A stretch of DNA of 64,000 nucleotides from Patescibacteria group bacterium (GTDB lineage: Bacteria > Patescibacteriota > Minisyncoccia > UBA6257 > 2-01-FULL-56-20): assembly GCA_024654525.1 (NCBI GenBank), contig JANLHI010000013.1:18036-82035 (forward strand), written 5' to 3'. This document shows, piece after piece, positions 18,780 through 27,725 of the stretch (positions are counted from its first letter, which is position 1; every line of letters begins with the position of its first letter). The position numbers and the translations under genes are program-made. Under the pieces are notes generated by a model. That model was not told where the DNA came from, made no database searches, and saw only the letters and a list, made by a program, of their open reading frames with translations.

Positions 18780-21428
18780 ATGCCTCAATTTCATCGTTTT
18801 ACCATTAAAGCCCAAGAAGCTCTTCAGAACGCGCAAGAACTTGCCGCGCGGAATAATCATGGCGAGTTGAAAGTAATTCACCTGCTTTCCGCGTTACTTG
18901 ATGATTCTCAATCATTGGTAGGGCCGGTGCTTACACGTCTTGGGGTAAATCTCGAGAAACTTCACGAACAGCTTAGCCTCGAGTTGGATAAAATTCCAAA
19001 AATGGTTGGCGGTTCAAGCGTGGGGCAGCTCTATCTGTCTCACGAAATCATGAGAGTGCTCGATCAGGCGGCAAAGATAGCTGCGCAACAGAAAGACGAA
19101 TTTGTGTCATGCGAACATCTTCTTCTTGCGGTGTTTGATGTCGCATCATCGGCGAAAGCGACACTGGAACAATTTGGTGCGCGAAAAGACGCGGCATTTC
19201 GGGTACTCGCGCAACTTCGTGGTTCTACACGCGTAACGGACGAGACGCCGGAAAGCAAGTTTCAAGTATTGGAGAAATATGCCATCAATATTACGGAAAA
19301 AGCGCGTATGCGCGAGCTTGATCCGGTAATAGGACGAGGAGAGGAATTGCGCCGTGTGATGCAGGTTCTTTCGCGACGTACCAAAAATAATCCCGTGCTT
19401 ATTGGTGAGCCGGGCGTGGGAAAAACCGCAATCGTAGAAGGGCTTGCACAGCGCATTGTACAGGGAGATGTTCCTGAGCCTTTGAAGGGGAAAGAAATTC
19501 TTATGCTTGATCTTGGTGCGCTTATTGCAGGAACAAAATTCCGCGGAGAGTTTGAGGACCGGCTTAAAGCATTTATGAAAGAAATAAAGAATGCGAGCGG
19601 ACGACTCATCCTCTTTATTGACGAGATTCATACCATTGTGGGTGCGGGAGCTGCCGAAGGAGCGGTAGATGCGTCTAATCTTCTCAAGCCCTCGCTTGCG
19701 CGCGGAGAACTTCATGCGATCGGAGCGACAACAATTCGGGAATACCAGCGATATATAGAGAAAGATTCCGCGCTCGAGCGGAGATTCCAGCCGATCATTG
19801 TGGAAGAGCCGACTATTGAAGATAGCATCGCGATTTTGCGAGGGCTTAAGGAGAAATATGAAATCCATCACGGTCTTCGCATTAGCGATGAGGCAATTGT
19901 AGAAGCGGTCAATCTTTCGGCGCGGTATATCACCGACCGTTTTTTACCCGACAAGGCGGTGGATTTGATTGATGAGGCGGCTGCGGCACGTCGTCTTGAA
20001 TCCGAAAGTTTACCGAAAGAGATTGATACGGTGAGAAGGGAATTAACGCGTTTAGAAATAGAGAGACAGGCATTGGCGCGCGAGCCAAAGAGCGCATCTC
20101 GTCTTAAAGAGATTGATGCTTCGCTTAAGGAGTTCAAAGAAAAGAATGACGAACTTTCGGGAAGATGGCATACGGAAAAAATTAAGTTTGAAACTTTGCA
20201 CGAACTTCGCCGCAAGATAGACACGCTTAAAAAAGATGCGGATATCGCGGAGCGCGAGGGTAATCTTGAGCGGGTTGCGCAGATTATGTATGGCGAATTA
20301 CCGCAGGCGGAAAAAGATTATATGTTGTTTGAAAAGAAGCATTTTGGAACAGGGAAGAAAAATAAGAAAAAAACAGAGGGAGAAGACGAGGGATTTCTTA
20401 AAGAATCAGTGGATAAAGAGGATGTGGCGGCGGTGGTGGCAGTATGGACCGGAGTTCCTATTACTCGCGTCTTGGAATCCGAAAGCGCAAAACTTACTCG
20501 AATTGAAGAGGTGCTTGAAAAACGCGTAGTGGGGCAACGGGATGCGATTACTGCGGTGGCAAACGCACTTCGTCGCGCACGTGCGGGACTCTCCGACGAG
20601 AACCGTCCGCTTGGTTCGTTTATGTTTTTGGGACCCACGGGAGTGGGGAAGACCGAGCTTGCAAGAACACTTGCGGAATTTATGTTTAATGACGAAAAAG
20701 CTCTTGTGAGAATCGATATGTCCGAATACATGGAAAGGCATACGGTAAGTCGACTTATCGGTTCTCCTCCCGGATATGTAGGGCATGAAGATGGAGGTCA
20801 ACTTACGGAAATAGTAAGACACCGGCCGTACAGCCTTATTCTTTTTGATGAAATAGAAAAAGCTCACCCGGAAGTATTCAATGTGTTGCTTCAGGTGCTT
20901 GATAACGGTAGGTTGACCGATGCGAAGGGGAAGCGGGTCAACTTCAAGAATGCCATTATCATTATGACTTCGAATGTCGGAAGCGATCATTTGCGTGCAA
21001 TGGCATCTTTGGGATTCGCATTGGAGGATGGTGTTGCGGCACGCGTCACTGAAGAATCGGAATATAAGAACAAAGTAATGGTAGCGCTTAAGGAAAATTT
21101 TCGCCCCGAGTTTCTTAACCGTATTGATGAGACTATTATTTTTAACCCACTTGGTAAAAATGACATCTCAAAAATAGTCGATATTCAAATCAGTCTTTTG
21201 GAGAGAAGACTTGCGGCCAGTCATATCGGGATTCGAGTGGACAGTGCCGCGAGGCAGTATATTGCCAAAGAGGGATTTAGCGCGGAATTTGGAGCGCGTC
21301 CTTTGAAGAGGCTTGTACAGAAAGTGATTCTCGATAAACTTGCGGATAAAATTATCAGAGGAGAGATAAAGGATGGTGACAAAGTTAAAATCAATTTCAA
21401 ATCAAATTCCCTGGTGGTTAGCGTGTAG
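18780..21428 (+). CDS. clpB: chaperone ClpB
   Basis: 882 aa. Two AAA+ modules (GEPGVGKT and GPTGVGKT), a middle coiled-coil domain and Clp N-domain repeats. Confidence 0.95.
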   Translation: MPQFHRFTIKAQEALQNAQELAARNNHGELKVIHLLSALLDDSQSLVGPVLTRLGVNLEKLHEQLSLELDKIPKMVGGSSVGQLYLSHEIMRVLDQAAKIAAQQKDEFVSCEHLLLAVFDVASSAKATLEQFGARKDAAFRVLAQLRGSTRVTDETPESKFQVLEKYAINITEKARMRELDPVIGRGEELRRVMQVLSRRTKNNPVLIGEPGVGKTAIVEGLAQRIVQGDVPEPLKGKEILMLDLGALIAGTKFRGEFEDRLKAFMKEIKNASGRLILFIDEIHTIVGAGAAEGAVDASNLLKPSLARGELHAIGATTIREYQRYIEKDSALERRFQPIIVEEPTIEDSIAILRGLKEKYEIHHGLRISDEAIVEAVNLSARYITDRFLPDKAVDLIDEAAAARRLESESLPKEIDTVRRELTRLEIERQALAREPKSASRLKEIDASLKEFKEKNDELSGRWHTEKIKFETLHELRRKIDTLKKDADIAEREGNLERVAQIMYGELPQAEKDYMLFEKKHFGTGKKNKKKTEGEDEGFLKESVDKEDVAAVVAVWTGVPITRVLESESAKLTRIEEVLEKRVVGQRDAITAVANALRRARAGLSDENRPLGSFMFLGPTGVGKTELARTLAEFMFNDEKALVRIDMSEYMERHTVSRLIGSPPGYVGHEDGGQLTEIVRHRPYSLILFDEIEKAHPEVFNVLLQVLDNGRLTDAKGKRVNFKNAIIIMTSNVGSDHLRAMASLGFALEDGVAARVTEESEYKNKVMVALKENFRPEFLNRIDETIIFNPLGKNDISKIVDIQISLLERRLAASHIGIRVDSAARQYIAKEGFSAEFGARPLKRLVQKVILDKLADKIIRGEIKDGDKVKINFKSNSLVVSV

Positions 21429-22092
21429 GGCGGGAATCGCAGGTGTTGCATGGTATCTTTTTCCGGCGTGGCTTTTTGTGGCGGTGGCATGTTATCTCTA
21501 TGGAAGGTCTTTTTTTCAAGCGGGACGGCTATTGTGGTTGTTTCTCGTGATGTTATTTCTGAGTCTTGGCCTTGGAGTTTCGTGGTGGGGATTTGTAATT
21601 GTATGTTTTTTGTTTTTTTTCTTGTTAGGGATAAAAGATTTGGTATTCATCGATCGCAAACAAATGGTGGAAGTTCTTGGTGTAAGCATGCTTTTTCTCG
21701 GATCACTTGAAATGGGGATGCTCATCGAAGGAGTGGCGTATCACCTGTTGCCGTTACTATTTGTAATCCCGACGTTTGTTTTTTTCTTGATTCGTAGCAG
21801 TGCGACGCGGTACACGACATCGCAAGTTCCGAAGATAACGCATAGGGAAGGAAAACAGCGTTTTTTGCGGAATGCGCTCGGTGCGTTCTTAGTGGGGGAA
21901 TACGGGGTTGTCGTTGCAAGTCTGCCTTTAGAGGTCATTGGTACAAGTACTCTTTTATTTATGGGATTTGTCGCAATTTTTTTTGCGACAGGAGAGGAAA
22001 GAGGGGTAGTGGAAGCAAAAGCATCTCTTTGGATAGGTATTATTGCGGCAATCGCGGTGATAGCACTCGCGGTTATGAATTGGACGTTGTAA
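21373..22092 (+). CDS. polytopic membrane protein (hypothetical; start uncertain)
   Basis: ORF with 7 or more hydrophobic helices. The first ATG overlaps the clpB end by 56 nt, so a later start is possible. Confidence 0.45.
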   Translation: MVTKLKSISNQIPWWLACRAGIAGVAWYLFPAWLFVAVACYLYGRSFFQAGRLLWLFLVMLFLSLGLGVSWWGFVIVCFLFFFLLGIKDLVFIDRKQMVEVLGVSMLFLGSLEMGMLIEGVAYHLLPLLFVIPTFVFFLIRSSATRYTTSQVPKITHREGKQRFLRNALGAFLVGEYGVVVASLPLEVIGTSTLLFMGFVAIFFATGEERGVVEAKASLWIGIIAAIAVIALAVMNWTL

Positions 22093-22097
22093 GGAGC

Positions 22098-22856
22098 ATG
22101 TCATACTATGTGTCTATGATTGCAATTATTCTGGCTGCGGGATATGCAACACGCCTATACCCTCTTACACTTACTACACCGAAACATCTGCTTGTGGTTG
22201 CGGGACGTCCCATTATAGATTATGTGATAGATCGTCTTGAGGAGATACAAGGAATTTCGCAGATAATCGTGGTAACCAATGAAAAATTTTTACCTCTTTT
22301 TGTTGCATGGCATAAAGAAAGAGAGGAATCTCTGCTCCCCCTTAACGTTATAAGTGATTGTTCTACGGATGATACGAATAAACTCGGCGCATTAGGTGAT
22401 ATCCGTTTTATACTCGACAAAGAGAAGATTGACGACGATATTGTGGTGATTGCGGGAGATAACCTTATAAGCGGGAGTTTCAGTGATTTCGGAGATGTGT
22501 GTGCGGAAAAACATGCTCCGGTGTTGGGAGTGTATGATGTGGGGGATAAAAATACCGCAAAGAAATTTGGTGTGGTGAGTGTCGATGAGAAAGGTATTAT
22601 TTCGGTATTCGAGGAAAAGCCGGAAAATCCATCGGGTACGCTTGTGGCTACCGCACTTTATTTTTATCCCCGTAATATTCTCCCCTTGTTTCGCGAATAT
22701 CTTGACGAGGGTAACAGTCAAGATCAGCCGGGACGTTTTATACAATGGCTTTATACAAAAGTTCCCGTATATGCATGGCGCACACCGGGAGCTTGGTACG
22801 ATATTGGTTCTCCGGAAACCCTTAAAGAAGCAGGCGAGGTGTTTGGTAAAAAATAG
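22098..22856 (+). CDS. sugar-phosphate nucleotidyltransferase
   Basis: N-terminal IAIILAAGYATRLYPLT..PKHLL motif of NTP-transferase (G1P thymidylyl/uridylyltransferase-like) enzymes. Confidence 0.75.
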   Translation: MSYYVSMIAIILAAGYATRLYPLTLTTPKHLLVVAGRPIIDYVIDRLEEIQGISQIIVVTNEKFLPLFVAWHKEREESLLPLNVISDCSTDDTNKLGALGDIRFILDKEKIDDDIVVIAGDNLISGSFSDFGDVCAEKHAPVLGVYDVGDKNTAKKFGVVSVDEKGIISVFEEKPENPSGTLVATALYFYPRNILPLFREYLDEGNSQDQPGRFIQWLYTKVPVYAWRTPGAWYDIGSPETLKEAGEVFGKK

Positions 22857-22922
22857 TTTATAGAGCTCGAGTTTGCTGGTTTTTGTTTGACAAACAAATA
22901 AGAGGGGAATATATTCGGCAAT

Positions 22923-23588
22923 ATGAAGGATGTCGGAAAGGTAATAATAGATAAAAAGGCATATGAGATAAGTTACGCGCTTTGCCGTATTGCCGCATAT
23001 GCAAGACCAGCATTCGCATCAAAGATAGAAAGCTGTGCATTGGATATTTTAGAGTCTTCTATAAACAAGGATTCGAAAGAGCTTCATAATATAACCAATA
23101 GGGCGGTTTCATATCTCCGCATGGGATCTGATTTAGGTAATTTGAATAAAGCAAATGTTGATATTATTTTGAGGGAAATAGGACTATTTAAATCGGCAAT
23201 TAGTAGTGGTGTACACGAAGATTCGGAAATAGAAGGAATATTTTCTTCGGGTCATGATTCTGAAAAAAACAAACAACGTTCCATCAATACTTCCGTGTCG
23301 GAAAGCGGCAAAGATGTTCCTGCGCCGGAAGATAGGCAATCGGCAAAAACACGGCAAGACTCAATTGCCGAATTTGTCGAAGAAATCGGCAATTGCCGTA
23401 TGAAGGATTTACTTGAGCATTTCCCCTCTATAAGTGAGCGGACGCTACGCTATGATTTACAAAATCTTGTCGAATCGGGGGTTCTAGATCGTATGGGGGA
23501 GGGTGGTCCCGGAATATCGTATCAAAAGAAGATGCATGAAGATTCTCTTGAAAGTATGGAAAGTGGTATGTATCCGGAAGTGGTATAG
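22923..23588 (+). CDS. putative transcriptional regulator with a C-terminal DeoR-type HTH
   Basis: C-terminal SERTLRYDLQNLVESGVLDRMGEGGPG resembles the DeoR HTH. The N-terminal helical domain is unassigned. Confidence 0.45.
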   Translation: MKDVGKVIIDKKAYEISYALCRIAAYARPAFASKIESCALDILESSINKDSKELHNITNRAVSYLRMGSDLGNLNKANVDIILREIGLFKSAISSGVHEDSEIEGIFSSGHDSEKNKQRSINTSVSESGKDVPAPEDRQSAKTRQDSIAEFVEEIGNCRMKDLLEHFPSISERTLRYDLQNLVESGVLDRMGEGGPGISYQKKMHEDSLESMESGMYPEVV

Positions 23589-23630
23589 TAACCTTTTTAG
23601 TACATCCTCGTTCTCATTAGTAGCTGGATA

Positions 23631-23659
23631 TTGGCACAATTTCAAGGTTGTGGTATAGT
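23631..23659 (+). promoter_or_regulatory. sigma70-like promoter
   Basis: TTGGCA, 17 nt, TATAGT. Confidence 0.45.
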
Positions 23660-23665
23660 GTCCGG

Positions 23666-23840
23666 CAAGTGGTTCAGGTTCCAATTCGCCGAAAGGCGAG
23701 TATGGGGCGTGAGGCTGAGCCAAAGAACAGTTTTAAATTTGCGACTGATGGAATTTGGGTTGGGGAATATATCCCAAGACAGATACCATAGTAGTTGGAG
23801 TTTATGCTGTTTGCTTAGCCTCGCGAAAGCGAGTTTTTTT
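23666..23840 (+). ncRNA. candidate small RNA (~175 nt) of unknown class
   Basis: Bounded by the promoter above and a CTCGC-GAAA-GCGAG + T7 terminator (23820-23840). Contains GNRA-capped hairpins (TCGCC-GAAA-GGCGA; TTGGG-gaatatat-CCCAA). The overlapping 89-aa ORF is not protein-like. Confidence 0.3.
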
Positions 23841-24097
23841 GTTTTTATAGTCCTATCGCTTTTTGATCCACGGGTTATGTTATTAAAACTCTTTTTCTGA
23901 CAATCCTCCTGTTATCCTCACGGACAAAGAGGGTCGAATTGAAAGGGGAAGAGTTATGGAAATTTTGGAAAGGTCGACGGCTAAAATAATCATTGGAATT
24001 TACAAAACAATCTGGATTTTTCTATGTGCGTTTTGTAATGCCATTGATGATTAAGGTCGATAATTGGATAAATGTCGAAAATAAGAAACTAAACTAA

Positions 24098-27000
24098 ATG
24101 AGTACATTCGGTAAGAAATTTGTTTCAATTGCGCTCATGGCGACCGTCACTGTATGGGCGTCAGGAGCACTTCTTTTCGTGCCGGCAGCGAATGCACAAT
24201 CATCGTCTGATCTTCAGGCGCAGATTGCGCAACTTCTGGCGCAGATTCAGCAACTCCAAGCGCAGCTTAATACTGCACAAGGAGGGACAGCTATGATGTC
24301 TTCATCTCTTGATATTACTCGCGACCTCACCGTGGGAAGTACGGGGGACGATGTCAAAAAACTTCAGCAATGGTTGAACGCAAACGGCGCAAAGATTGCT
24401 GACAGTGGTGCGGGTTCTCCGGGGAACGAAACTACGTTTTTCGGTCCTTTGACGCAAACTTCACTTGGAAAGTGGCAGGCGGCGCACAATGTGTCGCCAC
24501 CAGCGGGATACTTCGGGCCTGTGACACGTGCGAAGATTTCTTCGCTCGCGTCCGCAACCCCGTCGACACCGCCGTCAACTCCGAACACCCCGTCGACACC
24601 GCCGTCAACTCCGTCAGTTCCAGCTCCATCAGCCGGTTTGGCGGTAGGCATTTCTTCGCAGAATCCGGCAGCGGGTTCTCTTATCTCGTCTTCGGGGAGT
24701 GCGGCGGCACGGGTTCCCGTGCTTGCAGTAAGCCTTACGGCGGGAACGGCGAGTGGTATGACAGTGAACGCGCTTAAGTTTCACAAAACAGGCGTGCTTT
24801 CCGACAGTTCAATTTCAGGCGCATACGTTGAAGAAAGTGGCAAGGTTCTCTCACAATACACGTCGATTTCAAACGGCGTGGTTTCGTTCCCGGGGCTTTC
24901 GTTAAACATTGCCGCGGGACAGACAAGACACCTTACTCTTTCGATTGACCCTGCGCAGGCATTGTATGCGGGAAATACGGTTGGATTTGCTATGACTAGC
25001 ACTTCTGACGTATCGGCGACAGATGCCACAGGTGCGGCGGTTACCCCTTCGGGCAGCTTCCCTCTTAACGGCAACACGTTCACGGTTACTTCTGTATCAA
25101 ACCCATCAATCGCATCGTTGACGGTTGCATCGTCCTCGATCGGTACGACGGTATATGCAGGAACCAAGAATGTAATCGTCGGTGCATGGAGCTTGACGGG
25201 TTCAAACAGCAAAATCTGGCTTAAAGGTATCAACTTTAAAGTAATCGGTTCTGCCAATAAGTCGGATATACAGAACATCAAGCTTTATGTGAATGGCACG
25301 CAAACAGGACAGACCATTCCGGTTCTTTCTGCTGACGGCCAAGCATATTTTGATCTTTCGGCGGCTCCCGGAACCATCAACACGGGCTCGAACAATGTTC
25401 AGGTCTATGCTGATGTCATGGGTTCTCCGAACTTCAATTTCCAGTTCGAAATCTTGAACGCGTATGACATTCTCGCGGTTGACTCACAATACAATGTGCC
25501 GGTTACTGCGGGGTCGAATACGGGAACACAGGTTTCGATCAACGCAGGAAGCGTAACGGTGACTGCGGCGTCTGATACGCCGACAGGAAACATTGCAACG
25601 GGACAAACAAGTGTCACGCTTGCAAAATACACCGTATACGCGGCGGGTGAACCGGTAAAAGTAAAGTGGCTTACGTTCCAGCTTGCATTTACATCCGCGA
25701 CAAGCACGCTTGATAACATGATCAAGAATGTGCACTTGGATGACGATGCGGGTGGGCAGGTAGGAACGACAATCTCGTCGCTTCAAACCACCGCCACTTG
25801 TACGGGTACCGCGTTCTCCTCGGCAACTACGACGGCAACCAACTGTTTCGGATCTTCGGGTTCTCCGATTAACTACATCATTCCGGCAAACACCACACGG
25901 GTGCTTTCCTTGAAGGGTGACGTGCAATCGGTAACCGCGGCATTCTCGACAGTAAAAGCGACTCTCACCGCAGGTTCGTCGAACTTGCAGGGGTTGATTT
26001 CTTCGGCGACTGCTTCAAGCGGTTCAGCATCGGGTAGTGCATTGACGCTCGCGTCAAGCGCGCTTACGGTGGCGAAGAATTCTGCCGTAGGTTCGGTAAC
26101 TGTTGCAAAAGGCGCCGGCAATCAGAAGGTTGGATCGTACGCGTTCTCGGCTTCATCGGCTGAAGGCGTGACGGTTTCAAACCTTACGGTTGCATTGGGT
26201 GCCGCTGGCGCGCTGTTCCAGAACTTGAAAGTAAAAATTGGCGACAGCCAGTTCGGAAACACGACGCAAACGCTTGCAAACAGCGGATCATACTCGTTCT
26301 CCGGGACACCGTTTACGGTGCCTGCAGGAAACACGACGTATGTTGACGTGTATGCAGACGTACTCTCGTCAGCATCGGCGGGAACCAAAACCGCGATCAC
26401 CACGCTTAGTGGTTGTTCAGGTTCTGGATTGTCTTCGTATACCGCGGTAAGCTGTACCTCAACAGCCGGTCAAGATGTGGTGGTTGCGGGCCAGTCCACG
26501 GTGGATGTATCGCTTGACTCATCGCTTACTCCGGCAGCCGGACAAATAGTGATGGGATCGAACGGCATCACACTCGCCGCATTCCGTCTTACGGAAACAA
26601 CGAACATCGAAGACATAAAGATTACGGACTTGAATGTCTTTCAACAGGTAGCCGCAACGTCCACTACAAAGTCGGCGTTCGGAAACTTGAAGCTTTACAC
26701 GTCTGACGATCTTGTGAATGCGATCGCAACAGCGGGTTCAGCAAACGAAGCGGCATCAAGTTCGAATCCTGGTTTCGGGTACTACTATGCGTTCCACTTC
26801 ACAAGTCCGGTCGTAGTGCCGCAGTCTAATGCGGTCTCGCTTGTCTTGAAGGGTGATGTGTCGTCCTACAACTCCTCGGGAGCAACAGACAACACGACTC
26901 ACGTCTTCAAGATCGCGACTTCGACCGATACGGCAAACGACACGCTTGCCGAAACGATAGTGGCGCTTGGATCCACTTCGAACAACACGTCTTCAATCTC

Positions 27001-27565
27001 GTTTACCACGCCGAATGCCAACGCTTTAACAGTATTGCGCACGAAGCTTACGGTAACGGGTACGAATGCGGCAACAACTGCACGCACGCAAACTGCAGTT
27101 GACGATATCGGTACGATTAACTTCGCCGCCGATTCAGCGGGAGCATTGCAACTTAGTTCGGTCACTATCACGTTTGCGGGGTCAGCTCCGTCAACGACGA
27201 ACTTCTACAATGCAACCTCGACAGCAACGGGAGCGTGTGCCACTTGTTACGTGACACTTTACGACACGAACAATGGGACAACATATAACCCGATTGCATC
27301 GTCAACGACAAGCTTGTCCTTTGATCTTGGCAATTACAGTCTGACTGCCAATACGTCAAAGAGCTTTACGCTCCGCCTCAACACTGCGCAATCCGGCGTA
27401 TTGGTTGCAGCCGGATCGGCAAGCACGGCGCACAGCTTGTCTGCAACGATTTCTGCTGCGGGTAACGTGACATGGGTTGACGCGTTGTCGGGAGGCTCTA
27501 CAGGACTTTCACTTCCTGCGGCAGCCGTACCGGTTACAATCAGTTCTGTCTCGTACACCTACTAG
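24098..27565 (+). CDS. giant cell-surface protein with a peptidoglycan-binding domain and Ser/Thr/Ala-rich beta-rich region
   Basis: Signal peptide, Q/A-rich coiled segment, PG_binding_1-like block (GDDVKKLQQWLNANG...FGPLTQTSLGKWQ), PSTP linker, then ~900 aa of low-complexity S/T/A/G/V-rich sequence. Confidence 0.85.
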   Translation: MSTFGKKFVSIALMATVTVWASGALLFVPAANAQSSSDLQAQIAQLLAQIQQLQAQLNTAQGGTAMMSSSLDITRDLTVGSTGDDVKKLQQWLNANGAKIADSGAGSPGNETTFFGPLTQTSLGKWQAAHNVSPPAGYFGPVTRAKISSLASATPSTPPSTPNTPSTPPSTPSVPAPSAGLAVGISSQNPAAGSLISSSGSAAARVPVLAVSLTAGTASGMTVNALKFHKTGVLSDSSISGAYVEESGKVLSQYTSISNGVVSFPGLSLNIAAGQTRHLTLSIDPAQALYAGNTVGFAMTSTSDVSATDATGAAVTPSGSFPLNGNTFTVTSVSNPSIASLTVASSSIGTTVYAGTKNVIVGAWSLTGSNSKIWLKGINFKVIGSANKSDIQNIKLYVNGTQTGQTIPVLSADGQAYFDLSAAPGTINTGSNNVQVYADVMGSPNFNFQFEILNAYDILAVDSQYNVPVTAGSNTGTQVSINAGSVTVTAASDTPTGNIATGQTSVTLAKYTVYAAGEPVKVKWLTFQLAFTSATSTLDNMIKNVHLDDDAGGQVGTTISSLQTTATCTGTAFSSATTTATNCFGSSGSPINYIIPANTTRVLSLKGDVQSVTAAFSTVKATLTAGSSNLQGLISSATASSGSASGSALTLASSALTVAKNSAVGSVTVAKGAGNQKVGSYAFSASSAEGVTVSNLTVALGAAGALFQNLKVKIGDSQFGNTTQTLANSGSYSFSGTPFTVPAGNTTYVDVYADVLSSASAGTKTAITTLSGCSGSGLSSYTAVSCTSTAGQDVVVAGQSTVDVSLDSSLTPAAGQIVMGSNGITLAAFRLTETTNIEDIKITDLNVFQQVAATSTTKSAFGNLKLYTSDDLVNAIATAGSANEAASSSNPGFGYYYAFHFTSPVVVPQSNAVSLVLKGDVSSYNSSGATDNTTHVFKIATSTDTANDTLAETIVALGSTSNNTSSISFTTPNANALTVLRTKLTVTGTNAATTARTQTAVDDIGTINFAADSAGALQLSSVTITFAGSAPSTTNFYNATSTATGACATCYVTLYDTNNGTTYNPIASSTTSLSFDLGNYSLTANTSKSFTLRLNTAQSGVLVAAGSASTAHSLSATISAAGNVTWVDALSGGSTGLSLPAAAVPVTISSVSYTY

Positions 27566-27616
27566 TAGAGTGTGCAGAGAAAAAGATTCGGTGGCGTAAT
27601 TGCGTCGAATCTGAAA

Positions 27617-27653
27617 ACAATAACAGCCCGAAAGGGCTGTTATTGTTTTTTTG
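27617..27653 (+). terminator. rho-independent terminator
   Basis: ACAATAACAGCCC-GAAA-GGGCTGTTATTGT followed by TTTTTTT. Confidence 0.7.
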
Positions 27654-27725
27654 CATTCTCCATTGCTGGTTGCTGATTTATGCGTGCGTTGCTATATTGA
27701 GCAAGATTGAAAGGGGAATATATCC

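Noticed and set aside
19146-19871. 241-aa ORF on the minus strand inside clpB. Similar antisense ORFs occur inside other long genes: 20406-20990, 24781-25281, 25484-25927, 38552-39031, 43122-43787, 45239-45820, 45940-46515, 46644-47273.
   Set aside because: They lie entirely within well-supported genes on the opposite strand, have biased (Arg/Ser-rich) composition and carry no recognisable motifs. These are shadow ORFs.
23631-23900. 89-aa ORF overlapping the candidate sRNA interval.
   Set aside because: Non-protein-like composition and no RBS. It spans a promoter and an intrinsic terminator, so it is better explained as a non-coding transcript.
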